Shown here one piece after another: positions 1-7,983 of a stretch of 64,000 nt of DNA. The stretch spans positions 4,832,001 through 4,896,000 of the forward strand of contig CBDFJQ010000002.1 in NCBI GenBank assembly GCA_965248575.1. The letters run 5' to 3'. Position 1 is the first letter of the stretch. Each line of letters opens with the position of its first letter. The translations under genes were made by a program, and so were the position numbers. The notes under the pieces are model-generated. The model searched no databases and had not been told where the DNA came from. It saw only the letters and a list, made by a program, of their open reading frames with translations. Source of the stretch: Planctomycetota bacterium. GTDB lineage: Bacteria > Planctomycetota > B15-G4.

Positions 1-315
1 GCCCAAGGAGGGAGAGGCAGCCGACAGAACGGCGCCGCGCGCGAGCTGGACGGCGTCGAAGATCGAGAAGACGCTGACGCCGACGAAGGACGTTGTTGCA
101 GCCAAGATCAGGCCGAGGGACGCGTCGCTTGTAGGCAGGGCCCACGCCGAAAGCAGGACGGCGGGGGCGAACAGCAGGGACGCTCCCAAGAGCACGACGC
201 CTCGTGCGCGTCGACCGCAGTAGAGCTGACCGAGCCCGGCACAGCAGGAAGAGAGGAAGGCAGCCAGAAGGGGGGAGAGCTTTCGAGGTGTGTTCATTTC
301 GGGTGGCGAGTCCAT
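1..315 (-). CDS. Membrane protein, N-terminal part only (runs off window); N-terminus resembles the membrane region found on some signal peptidase I proteins
   Basis: Manual translation MDSPPEMNTPRKLSPLLAAFLSSCCAGLGQLYCGRRARGVVLL...; A-x-L-S...GLGQLY-x-G motif followed by hydrophobic helices; alternative ATG at 297; directly downstream of the ECF/anti-sigma pair. Confidence 0.55.
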   Translation of the reverse strand, partial: MDSPPEMNTPRKLSPLLAAFLSSCCAGLGQLYCGRRARGVVLLGASLLFAPAVLLSAWALPTSDASLGLILAATTSFVGVSVFSIFDAVQLARGAVLSAASPSLG

Positions 316-352
316 GTGGGTCGGTGGAGTGACGTGGCGGCGCAATGCCCGC

Positions 353-622
353 TCAGGCGATGAGCAAGCGCACGACGTGCGCCACCCGGTAAGCCCCCGC
401 GAGCAGCGCGGCGGTGAAGACAGCAGCTCGCCCGAGGGGGTGGGCAAGCAGCCGAGAGGGGGCTTGCGTCTGGACTGGTGGCGACTCGAGCTTCGCCGAA
501 GCCTCAGCTGCGACAGCGGTCATGAGCGCTTCGGTGAAACCTGTGGGTACAGGGCATCGGGCTCGCTCGTCCTCCCAGGAGGCGTCGACCAGATGTCCGT
601 CGTTGTGGCTGTCCGTGGTCAT
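353..622 (-). CDS. Putative anti-sigma factor (small protein, C-terminal TM helix)
   Basis: 89 aa; ATGA overlap with ECF sigma stop; 'VPTGFTEALM' resembles anti-sigma P-x-x-F-x-x-x-V/M segment; C-terminal hydrophobic helix. Confidence 0.6.
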   Translation of the reverse strand: MTTDSHNDGHLVDASWEDERARCPVPTGFTEALMTAVAAEASAKLESPPVQTQAPSRLLAHPLGRAAVFTAALLAGAYRVAHVVRLLIA

Positions 623-1182
623 GGAAAGACCTCCGAGGGATTGGGTAGGCGCAGACGCAGGGCTTCCCGAGCGCGGGCTACGCGCGACTTCACCGTCCCC
701 GGCGCCACGCCCTCGATTCGAGCGATCTGCTCGTAGGGCAAGCGCACGAAGCGTGCGAGGACGAAGGCGGTCCGTTGCTCCAGGGGAAGCGCGGCGAGGG
801 CTGCATCAAGCCTGCTGAGCAGGTCCTGCCCTGCGGCGTGGTGCTCGGGCAGCCTGTTGTCGGTGGTCTGCGTCAGGTCGCTGCCGGAGACGGGCTGCCG
901 AGCTTCGCGCCCAAGTCGGTTCAGGCAGTTGTTGCGGGCGATGCGAAACAGCCAGGTCGAGAAGCGTCCCCGGTTCGGGGCATAGTCGCCGAGGCGAACA
1001 TAGGCAGCGAGAAAGGCCTCCTGTGCTGCATCCTCCCGGTCCTCTGAGCGATGCAGGAACGAACCCACAAAGGCCAGCAGTGGGCCCTCCCAACGATTCA
1101 CGAGCAGCCGGAACGCCTGGGTGTCGCCCTCCAGCACGCGCTGGATGGCGACCGTCTCGTCATCTCGTTCCTGTGAACCGAT
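619..1182 (-). CDS. ECF RNA polymerase sigma-70 factor
   Basis: Region 2 (GDTQAFRLLV...EDAAQEAF...FSTWLFRIARN) and region 4 (LPLEQRTAFVL...YEQIARIEG...GTVKSRVARAR). Start uncertain: ORF track gives GTG 1284; the SD points to ATC at 1182. Confidence 0.9.
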   Translation of the reverse strand: MGSQERDDETVAIQRVLEGDTQAFRLLVNRWEGPLLAFVGSFLHRSEDREDAAQEAFLAAYVRLGDYAPNRGRFSTWLFRIARNNCLNRLGREARQPVSGSDLTQTTDNRLPEHHAAGQDLLSRLDAALAALPLEQRTAFVLARFVRLPYEQIARIEGVAPGTVKSRVARAREALRLRLPNPSEVFP

Positions 1183-1209
1183 GGGCCAACTCCTCCAGGG
1201 GCTGCTTCC

Positions 1210-1237
1210 TTCTACAGCCAGCTTCGGAGCGGGTTCC
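1210..1237 (-). promoter_or_regulatory. Candidate ECF-type promoter GGAACC-N16-GTAGAA (possible autoregulation)
   Basis: Minus strand reads GGAACC cgctccgaagctggct GTAGAA just upstream of SD GGAGGAG (1190-1196); matches generic ECF -35 GGAAC / -10 GT pattern. Confidence 0.45.
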
Positions 1238-1346
1238 CAAAAAATGGTGCTCGGGCGTGTGGGCTGAGCAAAGTCGCCAGGCACGAAGGCTCTGGCGTAG
1301 AGTATCCGCTGCTTTCAGGTGAGACGTCCCGTGCGGAGAGATCCCC

Positions 1347-2273
1347 ATGCGCATGTGCGCTGCGCTTGCTGTGCTCCTGATCGCGACTTCGTGCAGCGTC
1401 GTGAGCCCGGCACGAATCTCTCAAGAGCCGCGTAGTCGGCACGTGCTGGTCATGGGGCTCGACGGCGTTCGCCCTGACGCGCTGCGAGCTGCCCGCACGC
1501 CACGGCTGGATGCACTGGCACAAGGCGGGACAGTCAGCTGGGACTCCATTGCCGGCGGGGGGGCGGCGAGCGGCGACGTCACGCAGCAGGCCACCTCCAG
1601 TGGGCCGGGGTGGTCGAGCGTTCTCACAGGTGTCTGGGCGAACAAGCACGGGGTGCGCGACAACAGCTTCGAGGGTCACGACCTGGAGACCTTTCCCCAT
1701 GCCTTCGTGCGCATTCGAGACGCGCTACCCGACGCATACCTGGCGTCGATCGTTCATTGGGCGCCCATCAACGAGCAGCTCTTGAGGCCCTACCCCGGCG
1801 CGGCGAGCTTTCTGGCCGAAACGGAAACCGATGCGGCCGTGGTTGCGATCGCAGTGGAACAACTGAGGGCTTTCACCCCGGACGTTTTGTTCCTGCACTT
1901 CGACGACGTGGACCATGCAGGGCATGCACACGGATACAGCTCGTCCGTGCCCGAGTATCTCGCCGCGATCGAGCAGGTCGACCGCCAACTGGGGCAGGTG
2001 CTGGAGGCGCTTGCGCACCGCCCGGAGCGCTCGCAGGAAGATTGGCTGATTCTGCTGACCACCGACCATGGAGGCTCGGGGACGGGGCATGGGGGCCAGT
2101 CTGCGGACGAACGCCGTATCTGGGTGATTGCCCACGGCGCTGCGGTGCTCCCCCGGGAGGTCTCCCCGGGGCCTGGGCACACCGTCATTGCCCGGTCCCT
2201 GTTCGAGCACCTCGGCTTGGATTGTCCGCCGAGTTGGGGCTTGGTGGATTTGGCATCCTTCACTGATGACTGA
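1347..2273 (+). CDS. Alkaline phosphatase superfamily / nucleotide pyrophosphatase-phosphodiesterase, probable lipoprotein
   Basis: Motifs GLDGVR, SSGPGWSSVLTG, DVDHAGH, TTDHG; N-terminal signal with Cys. Confidence 0.85.
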   Translation: MRMCAALAVLLIATSCSVVSPARISQEPRSRHVLVMGLDGVRPDALRAARTPRLDALAQGGTVSWDSIAGGGAASGDVTQQATSSGPGWSSVLTGVWANKHGVRDNSFEGHDLETFPHAFVRIRDALPDAYLASIVHWAPINEQLLRPYPGAASFLAETETDAAVVAIAVEQLRAFTPDVLFLHFDDVDHAGHAHGYSSSVPEYLAAIEQVDRQLGQVLEALAHRPERSQEDWLILLTTDHGGSGTGHGGQSADERRIWVIAHGAAVLPREVSPGPGHTVIARSLFEHLGLDCPPSWGLVDLASFTDD

Positions 2274-2913
2274 GCCCCCGGAACTTGCTCGGCTTCGTGA
2301 CGGGTTCATGAACGCAGGGCTGCACGAGTCCAGCGCACCTGATCAGCCCTTGCTGCTGTTCGAGACCTGGTTGGAGCAGGCCAACAAGGCTGGCATCTAC
2401 AACGCACATGCGATGGCGGTGGCGACTGCTGACGCGACCGGCCACCCCTCCGTGCGCAACGTGCTGATGCGAGACGTGCGTGATGGGAAGCTGGAGTTCT
2501 TCACGAACTACCTGAGCCGTAAGGGCAGAGAGCTCGGGGACAATCCTGTGGCCGAGGCTCTCTTCAGCTGGCTTCCGCTGGAGCGGCAGGTGCGCTTTTC
2601 GGGAATCGTGCAGCGCTCGTCCGCGGATCGGTCCGACGCGTACTTCGCCCAGCGCCCACGCTCGTCTCGCATCTCGGCAATGGCATCCCCCCAGAGCGAG
2701 GTGATCGCCTCCCGGCAAGCCTTGGAGCGAGAGCATGCTGAGTTGGCCCAGGAACTCGACGGCGCCGAACCTGCCCGTCCACGGAGTTGGGGTGGTTTCC
2801 TGCTCGTTCCCGACCGCATCGAATTCTGGCAGGGCCGGCCCCACAGGCTGCACGATCGGCTGCTCTACGAACGGGAGGGAAGCGGCTGGATGCGATGCCG
2901 CCTGGCTCCTTGA
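2266..2913 (+). CDS. pdxH: Pyridoxamine 5'-phosphate oxidase
   Basis: AMAVAT...PSVRNVLM...FFTNYLSRKG...LERQVR...SDAYFAQRP...WGGF...IEFWQGRPHRLHDRL...RLAP; ATG 2266 overlaps upstream stop. Confidence 0.95.
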   Translation: MTEPPELARLRDGFMNAGLHESSAPDQPLLLFETWLEQANKAGIYNAHAMAVATADATGHPSVRNVLMRDVRDGKLEFFTNYLSRKGRELGDNPVAEALFSWLPLERQVRFSGIVQRSSADRSDAYFAQRPRSSRISAMASPQSEVIASRQALEREHAELAQELDGAEPARPRSWGGFLLVPDRIEFWQGRPHRLHDRLLYEREGSGWMRCRLAP

Positions 2914-2940
2914 CTAGAAATAGAATTCGTGTTCTAGTTT
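2910..2940 (+). promoter_or_regulatory. Sigma70-like promoter overlapped by inverted repeat (probable TetR operator)
   Basis: AT-rich island: TTGACT at 2910-2915; ACTAGAA (2913-2919) / TTCTAGT (2932-2938) inverted repeat, nested TAGAA-N6-TTCTA, immediately before the TetR ATG. Confidence 0.6.
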
Positions 2941-2944
2941 TGAA

Positions 2945-3616
2945 ATGCCAACCGCTGAAACCAAGCCGTCCCTGCAGCGCCCGCGCCAGCTGCGCAGCCA
3001 GGCCTCCATGGATCGGGTTCTTGCCGCCACGGAGGAGCTGCTGGCCGACCGCCTGTTCGAGGAGCTCACTCTGACTGAGATCCTGGCCCGGGCCCGGGTT
3101 TCGGTGGGGGCGTTCTATGCCCGCTTTGGCAGTCGCGAGGGTCTCGTCTCTCCACTGCACGACCGCTACGACGAACGGCTGGCCCAGCTGACGGCGCGAG
3201 TCTTTGATCTGGAGCGGTGGCGGGAAGTCCCGCTCGAGGAACGCGTTCGGCGGCTCGTGCGCTACGGGCTTGTCGCCTACCGCCGCAACCGAGGCTTGCT
3301 GCGTGCGCTGGTGCTCGAGTGGCGCCTGCACCCAGAGCGCATCACCGACGAGCAGCGGCTGAAGCGCGAAGAGTTCTATGAGCGTGTGGCCGCGACGCTT
3401 GTGGGTGACGGCAGCGAGATCACCCATCCCGACCCCTTGGCGGCCGCGCGCTTCGTGTTCCTGACCTACGGTGCCATCTGCCGTGAGCTGCTACTCGAGG
3501 GGCGCTCCTCGCTTCCGCTGCCGTCTGCCTTCGGAGGCAACGACCGCGCGCTCGGCGAGGAGCTGACGCGCAACATCATGGGGCACCTTGCAGGAAGCCC
3601 GTATCCCGGCATCTAG
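2945..3616 (+). CDS. TetR/AcrR family transcriptional regulator
   Basis: PRQLRSQAS...LAATEELL...LTLTEILARARVSVGAFYARFGSREGL HTH. Confidence 0.9.
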   Translation: MPTAETKPSLQRPRQLRSQASMDRVLAATEELLADRLFEELTLTEILARARVSVGAFYARFGSREGLVSPLHDRYDERLAQLTARVFDLERWREVPLEERVRRLVRYGLVAYRRNRGLLRALVLEWRLHPERITDEQRLKREEFYERVAATLVGDGSEITHPDPLAAARFVFLTYGAICRELLLEGRSSLPLPSAFGGNDRALGEELTRNIMGHLAGSPYPGI

Positions 3617-3660
3617 CTGCGGGCAGTTTGATCGATCCGTTTCCCTCCTAGGCACCCGTC

Positions 3661-4878
3661 ATGGCTACCGTTTTCTCTCGTGTAGACGACTGCGTGTTCG
3701 TCGTCCTGCTGAGTCTTGTCCTTTCTTCGGGTGCTATCGCTGCTCAAGAACCCACCCTCTTGGTCGCTGGGTACACGAGCGGGGCGGTGCACGCATTTGC
3801 GCCTGATGGGGTCTCACTGGGGACGCTCGGTTCGGCTCCCGGCGCCCAGTCCATGCGCTATGGCCCCGATGGGAATCTCTACGTGTGCGCCGAGGAGCAA
3901 CCCGCCGTTCTGCGCTTTGATGGGCAGACCGGCGCTGCCCTGGGGCCCTTCGTCTTCGATGACCCCCTGACGCCCATCGACGAGACGGGTGGCTTGCGCA
4001 AACCCGTCGCGGCGGTGTTCGGCCGGGATGGGATGCTCTATGTGGCCTCCTTCCAAGACGACGCCGTGCTGCGCTATGACGGAGTCACTGGCGCCTACAT
4101 CGACGACTTCATCCCGTCCGGGACCGGGGCCATCAACGGGCCCGACGCGGGCATGGACTTTGGGCCGGACGGCCACCTCTACATCCCGAGTTTCAACAAC
4201 AACCGTGTGCTGCGTTATCACGGCAAGACGGGCAACCCGCTTGGCGCCTTCGTGCCTCAGAGCCTGACCATCTCGCGACCGCGTTCCCTTCGTTGGCGTG
4301 GTGATGGCGTGCTGTATGTGGCGAGCTGGGGCAACAACCGCATCCTGCGTTATGACCTCTCCGGAAACTTTCTCGGCATCTTCGCCACACCTGCGCGGCC
4401 GACCGGGATCGCCTTCGGCCCTGGGGGCCACGTTTATGTGACGAGCGATCAGTCCAGTCGGGTGCTCATGTATCACGGTACGACAGGCGCCCCGCTCGGC
4501 GAGTTCGGAGATGTGCCTGGCGCTGGCGTGGTCGCCGCGACCTATCTCGAATGGCTTCCCAACCCCGAGTTGCGCTTCCAGCGCCCATGGCCGGGCACGG
4601 CGGGTGTCTCGAATACCTACGGCATCACGAACGCCACTCCCAACGGACAGCTCTTCCTGGCGCTGGGCGTCGCTCCGGCTTCTCTTCCGTTCAGTTGCCC
4701 GAACACCTGGTTCGGGGTCGACATCAGTCAGGTCTTCCTGGTGACAGCGGATGCAGCTGGCGCCTACTCGAACACTGTGCCGGTGGACGCAGCCGCAGTG
4801 GGGCTCAAGTTGGTGCTCCAAGCGTATGACCCCGCGGGCGCATGCCTCAGCAACCTTGTGCTCACCACATTCAACTGA
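3661..4878 (+). CDS. Secreted beta-propeller (Vgb/NHL-like repeats) with C-terminal beta module
   Basis: Signal peptide; repeats (F/Y)GPDG-x-LYV...VLR(Y/F)DG-x-TG; distinct ~105-aa C-terminal domain. Confidence 0.8.
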   Translation: MATVFSRVDDCVFVVLLSLVLSSGAIAAQEPTLLVAGYTSGAVHAFAPDGVSLGTLGSAPGAQSMRYGPDGNLYVCAEEQPAVLRFDGQTGAALGPFVFDDPLTPIDETGGLRKPVAAVFGRDGMLYVASFQDDAVLRYDGVTGAYIDDFIPSGTGAINGPDAGMDFGPDGHLYIPSFNNNRVLRYHGKTGNPLGAFVPQSLTISRPRSLRWRGDGVLYVASWGNNRILRYDLSGNFLGIFATPARPTGIAFGPGGHVYVTSDQSSRVLMYHGTTGAPLGEFGDVPGAGVVAATYLEWLPNPELRFQRPWPGTAGVSNTYGITNATPNGQLFLALGVAPASLPFSCPNTWFGVDISQVFLVTADAAGAYSNTVPVDAAAVGLKLVLQAYDPAGACLSNLVLTTFN

Positions 4879-5004
4879 GGGCGTCGAGAACCGGTCCGCT
4901 GCGGCTCAGGGTGTGTTGGCCATCCAGGCCCCGAAGGGCGATGTCGACACCATCTTTCGGTTCGCCCCAAAGGGGGCGGGCACAAGCGAGTCGGCCCTCG
5001 CTGC

Positions 5005-6030
5005 TCAGGTGTTCGCCGGATCGAGCTCGAGTTCGAGGCTCATGAAGGCGCTGTCGATGCGTCGCAGCTGCTCGGTCTCCAGTCGTAGCGATCCTGCCGC
5101 GGCGTTCTCGGCGACTTGCTGCGGGTTGCGCGCACCCACCAAGGCGGCGGTGATCCCTGCTTGCTGCACGGTCCAAGCGATGACCGTTTGCGCCAAGCTG
5201 GCATCCAGGGTCCCTGCAATGGGGGCTACTGACTCGGCCAGCACCGCGTTGACCCGACGGCGGTTCTCGTCGCGGAAGGTCGCACGATGGTTACGGCCTT
5301 CGCCAGTCGCGAAGCTTCGCTCCGCCGGCACCTTTCCCGTGAGCAGCCCTTGTTCCAATGGTGAGTAGACCACGACGCCCACGTCGTGGTCGCGGCACCA
5401 CGGCAAGACGTCCGCTTCGGCCTCCCGCGCCACCAGGCTGTACTTGGGTTGATCACTGGCGAGGGGGATGTTTCCCAGCGCTTGCTGTGCCTCGGCCATC
5501 TGCTCGGGCGAGTAGTTGCTGACGCCAATGGCACCGAGCTTTCCCTCGGCCATCAACTCGGTCAGGGCACCCATCGTGTCAGCGATCGGCGTGCTCCCAT
5601 CCGGCCAGTGCACCTGGACGAGGTCCAGATGGTCGACCTTCATTCGGGTCAGGCTGCGCTCCACTTCCTCGCGCACGGAGGCCGGCCGGCTGTTCTTGAA
5701 GAGTCGGAAGGGCGTCCCATCCTCGCTGACCGATTCGAGCAGCAGTTCGCCCCCGTCCTCGGTATCCCAACGCAGGCCGACCTTGGTCATGAGTGTCACC
5801 TTGTTCCGTCGGCCTGCGACGGCCCGTCCCACCACCTCCTCGGAGTGGCCGAGCCCGTACACCGGTGCCGTGTCGATGGCATCCATGCCGAGCTCGATCC
5901 CTTGGCGGATGGCGGTGATGGCGAGCTCGTCATCGCTCGCGCCCCAGTAGCCGGTGCCGCCCAGGGCCCATGCTCCAAAGACGACCACGGGCAGCTCGAG
6001 GTCGGTGCGGCCAAGACGTCGACGTTGCAT
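5005..6030 (-). CDS. Aldo/keto reductase
   Basis: RRLGRTD, DTAPVYGLGHSE, TKVG, DLVQVHWPD, IGVSN, YSPLEQGLLTGK; GGAG SD before ATG 6030. Confidence 0.95.
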   Translation of the reverse strand: MQRRRLGRTDLELPVVVFGAWALGGTGYWGASDDELAITAIRQGIELGMDAIDTAPVYGLGHSEEVVGRAVAGRRNKVTLMTKVGLRWDTEDGGELLLESVSEDGTPFRLFKNSRPASVREEVERSLTRMKVDHLDLVQVHWPDGSTPIADTMGALTELMAEGKLGAIGVSNYSPEQMAEAQQALGNIPLASDQPKYSLVAREAEADVLPWCRDHDVGVVVYSPLEQGLLTGKVPAERSFATGEGRNHRATFRDENRRRVNAVLAESVAPIAGTLDASLAQTVIAWTVQQAGITAALVGARNPQQVAENAAAGSLRLETEQLRRIDSAFMSLELELDPANT

Positions 6031-6255
6031 GCAGGACTCCGTGCGCGGGGGCTGGCGACGGCTTGGATTGTGGGGATGTCGCATCGGCTGTCCAGGCACG
6101 ATTCGCAGGCGCTGAACAAACGCCTGTCGGTCAGCACAATCTAGAACTCGCGGCCCCGCTCTTTCTAGGAAGCGGTGTATCCTCCCCCGTCCATCGCATC
6201 ACCTGCACTCGCTGTCGGTCAGCTTCCGATCGATGGTCACCCCCGGATCCACACC

Positions 6256-7914
6256 ATGACGACTGCGCCCCTGCGCTCCCTGTCCCTGGCGTTCTTGCTC
6301 GCCGCCACTCCGCTCACCGCTGCGGGCACCCTTTTCGTTGACGCAAATCTGCTGGTCGGTGCCAACGACGGCAGCACTTGGGGTGACGCCTTCCAAGGGT
6401 CGTCCGGTTTGCAGCTGGCGCTGGCTGCGGCCGTTTCGGGCGACGAGGTCTTCGTCGCTCAGGGGGTGTATCTGCCGAGCGCTGTGGGAACGCGGACCGA
6501 TGCCTTCGCACTCAAGAACGGTGTGGCGATCTACGGCTCCTTCGCAGGGGGAGAGGCCAGCCCGGCTGAGCGGCCTCCTTTTGGCAGCGCGGACAGCATC
6601 CTCTCGGGCGACCTCAACGGCGATGACGGGCTCTCGTTGTTCGGCGACAACAGCTTCCACCTCATCACCACAGCGGGAACCAACGCCACAGCGGTCATCG
6701 ATGGTTTTGTCGTGACCAGCGGCAACGCCAACTCCGGGGCGGGGAACCGCGATCGGGGGGCCGGCATCATCTGCTTGGGGGCGGTGTCCCCGACCGTCCG
6801 CAGCTGTCGCTTCATCGCCAATCGGTGCACCTTTGGCGGTGCTGCTGGATACATCAACAACGGTGGTGCGCCGACCTTCACGTCCTGCACCTTCGAGGAC
6901 GGGCAGGGCGGCTCCTTCGGCGGGGCCTTCGACATTGCGGGCGGCGGGGTCGTGCGCTTTGATCGTTGTCTCTTCCGGGGCAACACGGCTGCCCGCGCGG
7001 GAGCCCTGGAGATCTTCTCGTCCACGGGGCCCATCGTCAGCGGTTGTGTCTTCGTCGACAACACGGCGACGGGAGGCAGCGGCGGCGGCGCCATCTGGGT
7101 CGGGTCCGGAGGGAGCTCACGGGTGCGCAACTGCACGATCGTTTCCAATCAGGCGACCAATCAGTCGGCCGGTGGAATCCGCAACCAGGGCGCGTCGAAC
7201 TTCCGGGTGGACAACTCGATTCTCTGGGACAACACGGGCGTGGGCGGCGGGCAGGGCCCTGGCAACCAGGTGACCAACGGCAGCCAGGTGTTCCACAGCC
7301 TGGTGCAAGGCGGTTTCCCTGGGACGGGCAACGTCGGCGGCGATCCCCTCTTCTTGGACGCGGCCGCGCTCGATTTCACACCCGCTGAAACATCGCCCGT
7401 CGTGGATGCCGGCGACAACACACAGGTGTTGGCTGGCACCACCCTGGACTTCCAGGGCGGAGCGCGCTTCACGGACGTGCTGATCGTGGCCGACACCGGT
7501 GTCGGCCCGGCTCCCGTGCTGGACATGGGAGCGGTCGAGTTCCCTTCCGCCTGGTCAGACCTCGGCGGCGGACTGGCGGGGACGCTTGGGGCACCGGAGT
7601 TGGTCATGAGCGGCTCGCTCGAGAGCCTCAGCTCCAACCTGGCCACCTTGAGCAACGCCGCGCCCAGCGCCTTCAGCGTTGTCTTCGCAGGCTTCTCGCT
7701 GGTCAACCTGCCTCTTGAAGGCGGCGTGCTCCTGCCTGCTCCCGATGTCGTGCGCTTCTTCTTCACGGACGGTTCGGGCAGTCTCAATCTGCCCTTCACC
7801 TGGCCCGCTGGCTCACCGCCCGGGCTCGACTCCTACTACCAGATCTGGGTGGAAGACGCGGGTGCCCCCTTCGCCTATGCGGCGAGCAATGGGGTGCAGG
7901 GGACGACGCCTTAG
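6256..7914 (+). CDS. Secreted right-handed beta-helix (pectin-lyase-like, choice-of-anchor-Q-type) protein with C-terminal beta module
   Basis: Signal peptide; NDGSTWGDAF, C-x-F-x-x-N/GG repeats, SILWDN, SPVVDAG, DMGAVE; then ~120-aa C-terminal domain. Confidence 0.8.
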   Translation: MTTAPLRSLSLAFLLAATPLTAAGTLFVDANLLVGANDGSTWGDAFQGSSGLQLALAAAVSGDEVFVAQGVYLPSAVGTRTDAFALKNGVAIYGSFAGGEASPAERPPFGSADSILSGDLNGDDGLSLFGDNSFHLITTAGTNATAVIDGFVVTSGNANSGAGNRDRGAGIICLGAVSPTVRSCRFIANRCTFGGAAGYINNGGAPTFTSCTFEDGQGGSFGGAFDIAGGGVVRFDRCLFRGNTAARAGALEIFSSTGPIVSGCVFVDNTATGGSGGGAIWVGSGGSSRVRNCTIVSNQATNQSAGGIRNQGASNFRVDNSILWDNTGVGGGQGPGNQVTNGSQVFHSLVQGGFPGTGNVGGDPLFLDAAALDFTPAETSPVVDAGDNTQVLAGTTLDFQGGARFTDVLIVADTGVGPAPVLDMGAVEFPSAWSDLGGGLAGTLGAPELVMSGSLESLSSNLATLSNAAPSAFSVVFAGFSLVNLPLEGGVLLPAPDVVRFFFTDGSGSLNLPFTWPAGSPPGLDSYYQIWVEDAGAPFAYAASNGVQGTTP

Positions 7915-7983
7915 CAGGACGCAGCCAGGCGGGGCAGGCTGATCCGGCGACGCAATCCCTCAGCCCGTTAGCCCGAGAGCCCG

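Noticed and set aside
4963..4978. Hairpin CGCCCC-aaag-GGGGCG between convergent genes as a terminator
   Set aside because: Short stem with no U-tract on either strand
6141..6168. CTAGAA-N16-TTCTAG as a second site for the TetR at 2945
   Set aside because: Half-sites resemble the 2914-2937 repeat but the spacing differs (16 vs 12) and the spacer is GC-rich; insufficient support
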